64,000 nucleotides of DNA from Rotaria socialis. Its lineage: Eukaryota. Every line of letters starts with the position of its first letter. The stretch's first letter is position 1. The notes beneath the pieces are model-generated. The model was not told where the DNA came from and searched no databases. It saw only the letters and a list, made by a program, of their open reading frames with translations. The stretch spans positions 1-64,000 of the forward strand of contig CAJNYD010000017.1 in the NCBI GenBank assembly GCA_905331295.1, written 5' to 3'. Below are positions 1 through 15,232 of this stretch, piece after piece. The position numbers and the translations under genes are program-made.

Positions 1-171
1 CCCCCGTTCGCACTGTCCCTGCTCACATGGGACAACAACTGTAGCGATGAAATCAAGAGAAGAATAGGCAAATCAATAGGGGCAATGGCTGCACTAAAAA
101 GTATATGGAATAGCAAGAAGATAATATAAGAACCCTAACAACATGTGTTTTCAGTGTGCTATTATACGCAT

Positions 172-326
172 CAGAGACGTGCACAGGACAGGGCGGTCCT
201 GCTGTCCTGTCCTGGAGGACAGGATGAGATTTCGATTTTTGTCCTGTCATGACGCCCGCCAGGACCAAAGTAGCCAGCAGGACAGGTAAGGACAGGACAA
301 AAAATCTTGTCCTGTGCACGTCTTTG
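172..326. mobile_element. ~155-bp MITE with 19-bp terminal inverted repeats
   Basis: Left CAGAGACGTGCACAGGACA; right reverse complement CAAAGACGTGCACAGGACA. Internal AGGAC/GTCCT repeats. Interrupts the RTE frame. No clear TSD. Confidence 0.7.
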
Positions 327-548
327 ATTCGAAATGAAATGCTATCGAAGGAGATTAAGAATCAGCTGGAAAGATATGATAAGAAAACAGATAGCAAGAA
401 AAGAGACCATCATAGATAACATCAAAAGAAGGAAACTGCGATTGTTTGGCCATATCTGTCGAATGAACGATAACAGGCTAATAAAACACACTGTGTTCAT
501 AAGAATAAACAGAAAACCTCGAAGAGGACGTCCATGTAGAGAATGGAT

Positions 549-1101
549 CATAGGCGGCGGAACGATTTCGATCTAGGGTAGGCTCAACGTTTTGGACAAA
601 TCAAGTCTCACGATTGAAAAAAAATAGAGTTGAAGTCAGACTGAAATCGACTAAAAGCACTTTAAGTGCCAACTATAAGCATACGATTTTGATCGTCTTT
701 TAATCATTTTTGTTTAGCTCGCATTTCTGCACGGCATAACTTGTGCCGCACAAGTAATGTTATTCGAGTGTCTAAGATTTAAAAGTAATTTTAAACAGAA
801 GTTACAGAAACAATTCAGCTATCTTAAACTAAGAATTACGAATTAGATGCCAATTTTAATGCCAAAAACGTTCAACTGATACTTCATTGCGAACGAGTTA
901 CTAGTAGAAAAAATATGAAATGATCTTGTAATAATGCGTTATTTGTTAGAAAAGTCCCAAAACTGAACAAGAATAAAACCATTTTGCATATAGCAACTTA
1001 TACAAACATTCATCTGTTCCAGTTTCAGTCTATCAAGGTCTACCCACTTCGAGCTTAGGGTAGGCTTGAGCCTCGCGAGCCTAATGGCTCCGCCGCCTAT
1101 A
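549..1101. mobile_element. hAT-type non-autonomous element inserted in the RTE
   Basis: TIR CATAGGCGGCGGA / TCCGCCGCCTATA. 8-bp TSD GAATGGAT (541-548) vs TAATGGAT (1102-1109). Excision restores the RTE frame REWMDD. Confidence 0.85.
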
Positions 1102-1245
1102 TAATGGATGGACGATATAATCGAATGGTGTGGATACAGCGGACAAGACCCGTTCCACCTTGCGAAAGACCGAAGGGATTGGAAAGAAATTATTCGAATA
1201 GCGAATGACGCCAACGAGCGATAAGCCTATGGGACATCATGAATG

Positions 1246-1930
1246 GGGTAAATATAAACTCATACCTAAAAATATAGCAATCCATATCTAATTTTAAAAT
1301 AAATTTATATCTAATTTATTAAGTAACACTATCTAACAACACAAAGTTATATCAAATTAATAATTAATTTAATAGAAAAAAAATAAGGATACAATTATCA
1401 ATTATAACAAAAAAAACACAGCAAAAAGAGAAAACTATTGCACAATTAATGCTTTTTTTAGCTTTAGCAACACGCCCTCGTTTTCTTTTTTGTCCCAATG
1501 GAATATTTTTAGCTTCCAATGGGATGCTGCATAATTTGTATCGTGCTGCTAAGCCTATAATGTGTTTACAAATATAATACTTTAAACAAGCTGGACAAGA
1601 ACATGTACTTTTTGTCCAATTTTCACTTTCATTTAAAAATTCACATTCCCAAAATGATAATTGTTCATTTTTCATAATATCAAAATCACACCAATTAACG
1701 TTTTGTTAATTTCAGATATTTAATTGAATTGAAAGACAGAACCTTTTTTAATTCAGATATTTAATTGATTTAAAAGATGTTAAATTACAAAATTAGATTA
1801 AACAATTTTTTTAAAGGTATCCTTTCACCAGAATAGATACTACTGTATTAAGTTAGGCAATATTGATATAATTTAGATATGGATTGCTATATTTTAGATA
1901 TGGATTGTTATATTTTTAGATATTACAGTA
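1246..1930 (-). mobile_element. MULE (Mutator-like) remnant with SWIM zinc-finger fragment
   Basis: ORF 1364-1675 has CSCPACLKYYICKHIIG (CxCx8CxH SWIM) followed by IPLGQKRKRGR. Modular inverted subterminal repeats ATATAGCAATCCATATCTAA occur at both ends. Confidence 0.7.
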
Positions 1931-2580
1931 AATGCATGCCTAAATAAAATTCTAGTTGAATATACATTTTCATCAATACATTTTACTTGGTCTTTTGTTT
2001 TTTAATGTAAAAGGAAACATAATCTGACTTTACTTCGCTGATATTGGTATGCAGAAGAAGTAATGCTATTTCGGCATCTAAAATTCAGAACTAAATTTGA
2101 AAAGAAGTGTACGAAAAACAATTTAACTGTTTTATATTGAGTACCAAGAATTTGATGTTGATAAAGAAGCCAATGAAGTTCAATCAATACCTCATTGAAT
2201 ATTGAGTTGCTAATAAAAAACAGATGGATTGATCATGTAACAGTACGTTAGCTATCAGAAGAACTCGAGAACTGAACAGTAATAGAACATTTTTATATGC
2301 AGCCATGCCTATTCAAGCGTATCCTATGTCCTCGTCCAAGCCTACCCTCCTCTATCCTACAGTAACCTTGAGTCTTACAAACCTAATGATTCCGCTGGCT
2401 TTGATGCCAATAACATCCAATCAATATCTCATTGAATACGAACTGATATTGGTAGAGAAAATGTCGATGGACCTTGTAAGAATGCGTTATCTGTCTGAAA
2501 AATAAAAAATAAACAATAATAAAATACGTTTACATTTAATAGAGTTTACTTAGTATTTTATCTATAATAGTTTAAGCCTA

Positions 2581-4760
2581 CACTGAAAACAAAAAAGGTA
2601 CCGTACCGAACTTAAAAGGGTTCCGAATTTTGAAACGAATTCTAAACCTTTTTAAGTATCGTACGAAACTGGTTTAGTATGAAACTTATTCTAATAGACA
2701 AACTTAAAATTAGGTTTCGCAGATTAAGTTCCGCAATACCAATTTAATAATAGAGCTGTCATCAAGCCGGCGTAGTAAGTCACCGGAAAATATGAAATTC
2801 AAATCTGTTTTGCCTTTTACATTATACTGAAGTAGAATAGGAGTTTGGTTGAGAGCAGCACTATTGGCCCCAGTTATCCGTTTCTTGCATCAGAAATCTT
2901 TATGTCGATCATCAAACTCCAAAAACTCATATTATCAAATATATTCCTGATACAGAAAAGGAATAAACGGGGCCCATAATGTTGTTCTCAATTAGTTTAC
3001 CACTCTACTTCAAGATAATATAAACAAATCAACTCATCTTAAATTTCATATTTCCGATGGTCAGACAGACCGTTATAATGGCAGTTCTGCTTTACAGAAC
3101 TCGATACGCAAAGTTAAAACGTCAGAGTTGCATGAGTATCATCGCAAACTCTTCGTATTATTTCAAATTCACCCAAATTAAGGTCGACTCTCCCAGAATT
3201 ACCGTTCGGAGCGGGTTCAAAATGCTCTTTCTAGTTGCCCAATCTTAGCTTCAGAGATTAAGACTCTAGGTAAGGCACGATGAGTCGTTTAAAATGTAGC
3301 AGGAGGATACCAAACGAACAACCTTACTTCATTGACTTTACATAAGACGCAAATGGAAAATATTTCAATGGATTAGCCAGACTTGCCAACTATTAAAAAC
3401 ACCAGACCATAACCAGATTATTGACTTGAATAATCCGAACCGAGTCAAAGTTTAAATATGACATCCATATCGATATCAATACTTCGGTTTAATAATCATG
3501 CAATAGAAAAAACAGTTATCGCAGTTTTCGCGTTGAAATTATTTGCCAAATTGCTGAGTTGGGCAATTTGAATGAAAGAAAGATATGTGGAGACTAGCTA
3601 TAAGTAAATATTTCAAATTAATAATCTACAACAATGAAAAAGCGCCTATACTGCTCAATGTAAAATGACTTGAAATACCACTCGGTTGCAAAGTGATTTG
3701 TGTGAAGAAAAGAATTTTCGAAGTTAAATTTATCTTGAAGTGAAAGTTATATATAACACGCTACAACAAAGAAAAAAAGTTTTTATGTAAAACGCTGAGT
3801 TACCTGAAATATTCTTCAGTTCTTCAAGTTGAACGAAACAAAGCGTTTCAGATTTACATTTAGATTGACAAGATTAGTTATATCTAATAATTTACAATAG
3901 AGGAAAGAAGGATATACAGTAATCCCAAATATAGATTTATTTGAAATATTGTTAAGGTAAACGACTTGAACGAAAGAAGCTTTTTGAAAGTTGAATGAAA
4001 TCTGAAGCGAGTGTTGTGATCTAATAATATAAAACAAATATATAGTTATAGTGTTAAATGTAGAATTACCTGAAATAATGTTGAATGGAATCACTTGAAA
4101 GAAATTTAACACTTTCAATATAAAATATAACTTCAAATATAAATTCTAGTAATCTATGGCAGAAGAAGAAATAAATATAATCGTTGCAAATAAAATTGTC
4201 TTATTTGTTCACCTCAAAGATTTGAAGAGCAATGTGATTATTGAATGTAACTTCTGAGATAAATGTTTGAATTGGGTACTCTAAAACAGAAAAACAAAAA
4301 TTGTCATTCAAAAGATGGAATTGCCTGGCAAATAGTTCCGTTGAACAACGTGTAAAAACCCAATGGCATTGGCTCTAAATATACATTCATATAAACATTG
4401 AATTCGAAGAGTCTATAATGGATAGCTGAGATTGATAGTTTTAACGATAAGCGTACATCATGGAGGATTGTGATGGCGAACTTAAAAGAAAAGTACTTCA
4501 ATTTTTCAGTTGGAGGAACCTATTAGAGGTATATTACGAAACGTGCAAGGGTTTCATACGAAACTTGACTCAACTTTGACTTTCACAAAAGTATGATACG
4601 AAACTTCTGTCACTTCAGAACCTTATAAAACGATCGCACCGAACTTTTTCTAGTACTAAACTTACAAAAGGTTTCGTAGATCCATACCATAACCCTAAGG
4701 GTTTAATAAGGTACCACCAAACCTTAAAGGTTCCTTACAGCACCTTTATTTCTTTCAGTG
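2581..4760. mobile_element. CACTG-ended (EnSpm/CACTA-like) non-autonomous element, degenerate
   Basis: Left CACTGAAAACAAAAAAGGTACCGTACCGAAC; right reverse complement CACTGAAAGAAATAAAGGTGCTGTAAGGAAC. GAAAC/GTTTC subterminal motifs. No coding capacity and no clean TSD. Confidence 0.6.
2752..3089. repeat. Degenerate ~340-bp palindrome (foldback MITE-like) nested in the CACTG element
   Basis: Arms pair: CCGGAAAATATGAAATT with AAATTTCATATTTCCG; CATTATACTGAAGTAGA with TCTACTTCAAGATAAT; GGCCCCAGTTATCC with GGAATAAACGGGGCCC. Centre ~2920. Confidence 0.65.
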
Positions 4761-5151
4761 CAGTTGAATTTATCTGCGTAACATTGTCTTTAACGGATTT
4801 ACAACACTTAAGCATGAAATAGTTATGTTCGGCAAGATTTTTCTTAGTTGTTACCTTAAAAGATCTTTTTTATCTTAATGAGTGAAACTTTGAAATACCC
4901 TAATTATCTTTTAATTAGCCAGAAAGAACGCTGAAGATCGTGTATCGAGAGTGGTAGTTGGTGAAGAAATAAGTGGGAATAATCTTAATGAAAATCTGCA
5001 TGAAAATATATAAGTTTTTTATCTTAAGTTGAGTTGCTTATATAGAGATCTTCCTGCTGAACAAATCGGTGATTGAGTAGCGTACACATGGAACGGAGCC
5101 ATTTTTTGGGACAAATTCTAATTATAAGTCTTTTTCATAGTCGAACCGCCA

Positions 5152-6544
5152 CATTGTAAAAAAAATCGTAGAATACTAAACCCTAGTACTACAAAAAAAG
5201 TTTCATAAACCCTTTAAGGGTTTATGTTTTTGTCAGAAACTCTAAAACCGTTTATTGCCTGAAGCGTTTATGAAACTAAGGGTATTTGAAAATAAAAAGG
5301 GTTTAATGAACCAGAATATAAGCGGAAGGGTTTTTGAATCTACGATGAAGGATTTATTATTCTGCGGCGAAAGGGTTTATTATTATACACTTGTGTGAAA
5401 GGGTTTATTATTCTACGGTGAAGGGTTTATTATTGCGCCCTTTCATAAAATAGTTTCTTCCGCTAAAGAAAAGTTGAAATCAGACAAGTCATACATATAT
5501 ATATATTTATCAAAATGACGTTGACTTTTCTGGTTGATGACACTATTCATCAAGTATTTTTGTGATTAGATCGGAAATCGTACAATAGAAACAAAGGTTA
5601 ATGAAAAACAGAATAACTTTAGCTCTCTCTATGTTGAAATAGTTTGTAATCTCACATTAAAAGATTATTATTTTCCATTAATTAGATCAGCCTGAAAAAC
5701 AAAATGAAACTTTGTTCTATGTAGGTGAGGCTTCTATAAAAAAAACGTAAGTATTTATTCATAAATCTTGAAGAATTTCATCAGTAAGTTAAAAAATTCT
5801 ATGAAATTATTATTTTTTTGAATCAACCGCTTTCGATTTAGCTTTTTCCAAGCGATGCGATCAAATTCAAGCATTATTTTCTATATATGCTTATTGTTTT
5901 TTTTTCAGTCTTTTAGTTGGATAGAAAAGAAAATTGAAAATCGTAGATAAATATAATTCTTTTTATTAAAATTATTGTTCTTAATCTTTTAGTTCAATTT
6001 CACATTGACAATTCTACGTGAGAAAAGGTTTTGTATTTTAATTATTGTTTTATCCTTTTAGTTCTATTTGGAATTGAAAATCGCAAGTAGGTATAATGTT
6101 TTTCTTAGAATTATTACTTATAATGTCCTAGTTCAATATACGTAGAAGTGAAAATTCTAGTTAAGCAAAATTTCTGTATTTGAATTATTCTTTTTTTCTT
6201 CTTTTAGTCAATTTTTAATTGAAAATCAATCGTAAATATAATTTTTCCTTAAATATTTCTTATTTTGATTTTTTTTTACTGAAAAAGCAGATTCAAAATC
6301 ATAGGTAATTATTATTTTAAAACAATAATGTTTTTAATTTTTCTCAAATAGATTGGTTTCAATGACTCATTAAACTGAACATGATTCGTGGCTAAAAGTA
6401 CGTTTCCTGAAACCTATTAGAACGGTATTTGAAAGGGTTTATTGATTTCCGAAACCCTTTGTTAGCGGTTCTAAGGGTTTATTAAAGTGCAACGTATCAC
6501 AAACCCTTAAAGGGTTTATTATTCTACGGGGTGTTGTTACAGTG
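5152..6544. mobile_element. Second CACTG-type non-autonomous element
   Basis: Left CATTGTAAAAAAAATCGTAGAATACTAAACCC; right reverse complement CACTGTAACAACACCCCGTAGAATAATAAACCC. Repeated AAGGGTTTATTATT subterminal units at 5330-5435 and 6430-6525. Confidence 0.6.
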
Positions 6545-7244
6545 TATGGTACCACTCAGTTTTGAATCGATAATAGGCAATTTACTCTTCCATCATTTAA
6601 GAACTTCAACTAGTTAACTCATTGCTTCTTCAGTAGCTATACGAGCTATGCCCAAGCCATTGTATCAAAATTAAAGCACAATAGTGGTAGTTATTGTTTT
6701 CTTTAGTTACTCCTTAATTATAAGAAGATTAGTTTGGGCATAACAGTTATCTTTGGTTTAATCAAAACTTAATTCTATTGTCTTTCTTCATTTAAACAAA
6801 AAATATTTATACGCACATAAAAAACAATCAAACTGATAAATTCTTTGCTCCTTTTTCTTCGCTCTTGACAGAGAGAGAGAGAGATCAACAGATTCAAGAT
6901 AAAAAAAGATAAGCATGCACTGAAGAAGACGAAGTTGTTGACACAACAACACTCAATTGCTTGCAAACATGAATAGCAAACGAAAGTTGGAAAAAAATAG
7001 CCATAAAACTCCCGAAATACATAACTTCCGTTCTGTGTTTCTAGTTAATAAACATATCTTCAATAGAAATAACGTATACATCTGTTGTTGAGTATCAACA
7101 GAGAAAAGATAAAATACCCACATTTAACGTCGTAAAACATATCCATAAAAATGTAAGCTATAGGCTATATAAATCTAAACGAGGCTGGTGTCTCAACAGC
7201 ACATTACTATTCATCATTTTATTAAGCAACAGCTTGTACTCGAC

Positions 7245-10213
7245 ATGAGTGGACAAAAATCCAATTCAACTGTTCTAAAATCAACAGCTAATGCTGCTTC
7301 AAGTATAGCAACACTATCGGGTGCTATACCACCAAGACGCCGTATGACTCAGAATTACTTGGTGATTTGGGTCGATGGCAACATCGACGAAAACAGTAAC
7401 GATTGCCGAAACACACTGGCACAATTGCGTGCAGTGATAAGTGATGTAAATGTGTGCACGACACTAGAGCAGTGTGTCGAATTTCTCAATGAAATTGATG
7501 ATGGCAAAGCCTTCATAATTTCATCGGGAGCATTAGGGCAAAGCCTTGTGAATGACATTCACAGCATACCAAAAGTGGATGCCATTTACATTTTTTGCGG
7601 CAACAAAACGCGCCATGAACTATGGGCGAAGGAATGGCCAAAAATTCGAGGTGTTTTCACCTCGATCAAGCCGATATGTGAATCGCTGAAAAAGGTCGCC
7701 CATGAGTGCGATCATGATTCAATTTCCATGAGCTTCGTTCCGAAGCAAACGATGGCAGAAGGAGCAACAGGCTCTGACCTAAGAAAACTTGATCAATTAT
7801 CGCCAACTTATATGTACTCGGTAATTTTCAAGGATATTTTATTAGAAATCGATGACGATGACGAAAAATCTATGAGCACTTTAGCAATCTATTGCCAAAA
7901 GCAAAATATTCCGAAAAAAGAAATAAATGAATTTAAGGATAACTACCACCAGGAATCAGCAGTCTGGTGGTATACCAAACAGATTTTTCTCTATGGTATG
8001 CTTAATCGTGGGTTAAGATCGCTTGATATGGAAGCGATGACCAAATTAGGATTTTTCATTCGAAAATTGCATCTTCAATTAGAACAATTACATCAGGAGC
8101 AGTCGACAAGTTTCAAGAAATCTTTTACCGTTTATCGTGGCCAGGGGCTCAGTCAACAAGACTTTCAAAACCTAATGGATTCAAAAGGTGGGCTCCTTTC
8201 ATTCAACAATTTCTTATCGACTAGTAAGAAAAGAGAAGTGGCCACATCATTTGTTCAACAGGCCCTAAAGAGAAATCCAGATATTATGGGTGTTATGTTT
8301 ATTATGACAATAGATCCAAGTAAAATATCAAGTTCAAAAACACCATTTGCAATGATTGATGAACACAGTGCTCTCCCACGAGAACAAGAAATACTATTTA
8401 CAATGCACACTGTTTTTCGCGTTGGCGAAATTAAACAGACGGCTGAGAATAGTCGTCTTTGGGAAGTACAATTAACTATTACTGACGAGAGTGATCCACA
8501 ACTGGCTGGTCTTACTAATCGCATCAAAGACGAGGTTCAAGGTACGAATGGATGGTATCGAATGGGCAGATTAATGCTCAAAGTGGGCCATTTCGATCAA
8601 GCTGAGGAACTCTACAATGAATTACTCGAGAATTCTTTTGATGATAGTGACAGGGCACATATCTATCATCAGCTTGGATGGTTGAAAGACAATCAAGGTG
8701 AATACCAACAAGCAGTTACTTGCTACGAAAAATCACTCGAAATCAAGCGAAAAACGCTTCCAAAAGATGATGCTTCATTAGCGCCTACTTATAGTAACAT
8801 CGGTCTAGTGTATAGCAGCATGGGTGGATACTCGAAAGCACTTGAATACTACGAAAAAGATCTCGAAATAACGAAAAAATCTCTGCCTCCGACTCATCCC
8901 GATTTGGCTACTTCCTACAACAACATTGGTGGAGTGTATAGCACCATGGGTGAACACTCGAAAGCACTTGAATACTACGAAAAATCACTCAAAATAAGAG
9001 AAATAGCTCTGCTTCCGACTCATCCCGATTTGGCTACTTCCTACAACAACATAGGTGGAGTGTATAGCAGCATCGGTGAATACTCGAAAGCACTTGAATT
9101 TTACGAAAAAGATCTCGAANCAAAATAAGAGAAATAGCTCTGCTTCCGACTCATCCCGATTTGGCTAATTCCTACAACAACATTGGAGGAGTGTATAGCA
9201 CCATGGGTGAATACTCGAAAGCGCTTGAATTTTACGAAAAAGATCTCGAAATAACGAAAAAAGCTCTGCCTCCGGCACATCCCGATTTGGCTACTTCCTA
9301 CAACAACATCGGTGGAGTGTATAACAGCATCGGTGAATACTCGAAAGCACTTGAATTTTACGAAAAAGATCTCGAAATAGCAAAAAAAGCTCTGCCTCCG
9401 ACTCATCCCGACTTGGCTAATTCCTATAGCTGCATTGGTGAAGTGTATATCAACATGGGCGAATACTCAAAAGCACTGGAATATTACAAAAAATCACATA
9501 AAATCTATGAAATATCTCTGCCTCCGACTCACCCCGATTTGGCTGGTAGTTACTTGAATTTTGGAGCTTGCTATGAAAAAATGGGAAACTATACTGCAGC
9601 ACTTAAGACTCTTAAAAATGCTTATAGAATTCAAGAAAAAATATTTCAAAAAGGTAATCTAGCTTTTGCTACAACATTCAGTTGGTACGGAAGAGCGTAT
9701 AGGGACTTGAAGGAGTACTCAAAGGCACTGAGTTATTTTGAAAAATGTCTCAAAATATTGGAAATAGCGCTACCAGAAAAACATCCCAATCTGGCTATTA
9801 CATACAGTAATATTGGTGATGTGCATCGACTAATGGGTGATTATGAAAAGGCAGTGGCATTTCATCAGAAGGCGCTTAATATTCAAGAGAATGTGAAATG
9901 TGATCCACTTGATTGCGCAACAACATATATGGATTTAGGCGAAATTTTTCGTGAAATGAACGAGTATTCAACAGCATTAACATATTATCAAAAAGGATTA
10001 AAAATATGTGAAGAAAAACTGGCGAAAAATCATCCTGATTTAGCTGTAATATATCATAATATGTCGAAATTATATTTCTCAACTCAAAAATATAGTATGG
10101 CAAAGAAATATGTTCAACAAGCAGTTGAAATTGGACAAGAGAAATTATCATCAACTCATCCACATCTCGTAGAATATAGAGAAACATTTGAAAAGACTCG
10201 AAAGAAACAGTAA
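7245..10213 (+). CDS. Intronless receiver-like domain + arginine-type mono-ADP-ribosyltransferase + TPR-repeat protein (one gene split by an N at 9120)
   Basis: First ATG at 7245 (MSGQKS). N-terminal beta/alpha domain NYLVIWVD...AFIISSG...AIYIFC. ART motifs VYRG (R at 8136), FLSTS (8217) and EQEILF (8382). Then 42-aa TPR repeats (HPDLATSYNNIGGVY...ALEYYEK) across ORFs 7188-9128 and 9161-10213. The frame break falls exactly on the single N. Confidence 0.9.
8770..9545 (+). repeat. Near-identical 126-bp tandem coding repeats (TPR units)
   Basis: The unit CATCCCGATTTGGCTACTTCCTACAACAACAT...GGTGAATACTCGAAAGCACTTGAAT recurs about 6 times, with an assembly break at 9120. Confidence 0.9.
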
Positions 10214-12475
10214 AATATTTCGTTGGTTTTTCTTCTTCTAATATTTACTCAAATAAATTGCTTTGATAACTATTGATTATTTACTATTCGCGCGTACACG
10301 CGCGTGCGACCAGAAAGACCTGCCGTGCGTCCAGATATGGATATGCATAGAGCGGACCACACCGGACTGCATAACACAGGCGTAAAATCAATTTTCCCAT
10401 TTACTCAAAACGTGTTTCGGAGCCACTCTATCAGGATGAAAACAAAAAGTATATCATATCGCGACGTTTTTAACCGATTCAGCAGCTGCGGAATGCATTA
10501 AACCGGTCAGCATTAACGCGTTTTGCAGCATTGAAAAGTAACGAAATTTTTCCCACGGATATTAAAATGTCTTAAAATGAGTGAAGAACAATTTAAACTT
10601 AAAATTGAGCCTGTACATTATGATCTTAAACAACGAGTAGCTCACTATAAGTCATTTATGGATTTATTTGTTTAAAAGATGTAACAAGAAATATGAAGAT
10701 ATGGGCATATCTAATTATATTTGATCAAATTGCATAATAGCTTGCCATTCGTTTCTTTCTTCTTGTCCATGTGCTGTTTTCATATCATTCATTAATAAAC
10801 ATTTGTTCCATTTGATTTATAATCTTTATAGATGAAGAAAACAAAGTGTGCTTATTGTGAACAAAATTATTTTTCACATCAGTCGACTACTAAGAAAGAT
10901 CTTGCATGCTTTTGTAAAGCTTACAGAGTAGTTTTTCACGTAAACTAGAAACGCTTTCTGTCAGATGGCCAATTTTTTTTGTGAGGCTCAAGTGTCGGGT
11001 CATCGCTCTTATATATATATACGAATTTTTCACAACCAAGACTCTTTCTATAGACAAGAAAAATATTAGTGAACTATAGGTCGAATACGATGAGGCTAGA
11101 TATTTTTGTTGAAAAAATTTATTAAAATATCATTTCATTCGAAAAGACGAAGAAGAATTTATGCATATAGTTCACATCAATCGAAAATGGTTATCACAAT
11201 AACCACATACGTATGTGAATTAATGAGAATATATTTCCAAAGGATAGAATAAATGTGACTCATGCACTGAGTGTAAATAGTTGAAATTAGTTTAGTTCGA
11301 AATTCTGTCTATTTTTATCCCATGCAGTTCTGTATGATCTTGCTTTAGTAAGTACACGCAATTGATACGATGATCGATTTGTTATTATATATATTGGAAT
11401 AAAATTATAACCATTGCAATGATACAATATAGATCAATAATAGCTTCAAGTAATTGAGTTAGAGGCATTCAAAAACAAATAGAAAATTGTCTACAAATAG
11501 TAATACCAAGAAAAATTTCATATCTATTCTATCTATTACTCATACTCAGGTAACAAAAAGGACGTGAGCAGCGATTTATAGATAGTTTTAAGTTATCATC
11601 TAAGACAAGCTTATGTAAACTTCAAATTTAATAACGATTGACGTTTAAATATGCTATACTTGAGTTTCAATAATTACTACTAACGAGTAAATTTCATTTG
11701 ATATCATACTGAATAATTTAGCTCAACTCATCGAAAATCATTCCATTTTCATTGCAATCGCTGTATTAATCATTATGTTGTAAGTTTTTCTTAGATATTG
11801 CATTCGAAAATAAATAGACGAAATAAGTTTATCACTTGGTATTCTTCTTACCAATAAACAAGACAAGAAAGAAAACGAAAACAAATAAGCACGCATACAA
11901 TAATAATTAAACGTATATTTTTCAGGAATATTACGAACAGAAAAAAATATGATTGTCGTTTCCATCATCTTAACAGTAAACAAGAATTACAGGATCTGGA
12001 GGAGAATTGTTAATGAAATAAGTGGAGTTAGAAATATGTCGTGCCAAAAATAACAATAGGACAACATGAAAAAGAAAACAGGAGTAACAAAGAGAAAGAA
12101 AAAAGAACAACAATGATAACAATCTTTTTCAATTTGAGGGACAAAAAAATAATGAGGGAAGTAGAGTGTTATCAATTGATCGATATGTGTCATAACAACT
12201 AAAAGTAAAGAAATAATTTAATTTCTAAATAATTTCTCTCTTACTATCAATGATCATTGTGAAGGACCGGTGCTCACTAAAGAAGAGAAAATTTTAATTT
12301 AACCTTATATTCAATTTATGAATTTCGTTTCTTCAATATATCGATGTTTATCTTTCTACAGCAGAAAGCAGAATAACTCAAAAACATTTGAATAAACATC
12401 CACATGAGACGAAAAAATCTTTTTGATATTGTTCTTATATATAAAACATCGGTTTTTCTGTGAAAAAAGAAAAAA

Positions 12476-15232
<2,757 letters not shown>

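Larger units (their letters stand above)
1..1245 (+). mobile_element. RTE-clade non-LTR retrotransposon 3' fragment (RT C-terminus), degenerate, split by two MITE insertions
   Basis: Translates to EIKRRIGKSIGAMAALKSIW...CVFSVLLYASET, then FEMKCYRRRLRISWKD...IKRRKLRLFGHICRMNDNRL...RRGRPCREW. After removing 549-1109 it continues MDDIIEWCG...AKDRRDWKEII...ER* (stop ~1223). These are typical RTE C-terminal motifs. Confidence 0.85.

Noticed and set aside
3057..6966. Short hydrophobic ORFs in the transposon-rich region, and antisense ORFs over real genes elsewhere
   Set aside because: Expected by chance in AT-rich DNA or as shadows of the coding strand.
7188..7244. N-terminal extension of the ART-TPR ORF
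   Set aside because: The ORF track used a GTG start; the first ATG is at 7245 and the context is eukaryotic.
9101..9161. Frameshift splitting the ART-TPR gene (pseudogene or programmed frameshift)
   Set aside because: The break coincides with a single N inside near-identical repeats; an assembly join is the simpler explanation.
10285..10545. CpG-rich patch after the ART-TPR gene, possibly a MITE
   Set aside because: No convincing TIR or TSD; the 65-aa ORF is unrecognisable.
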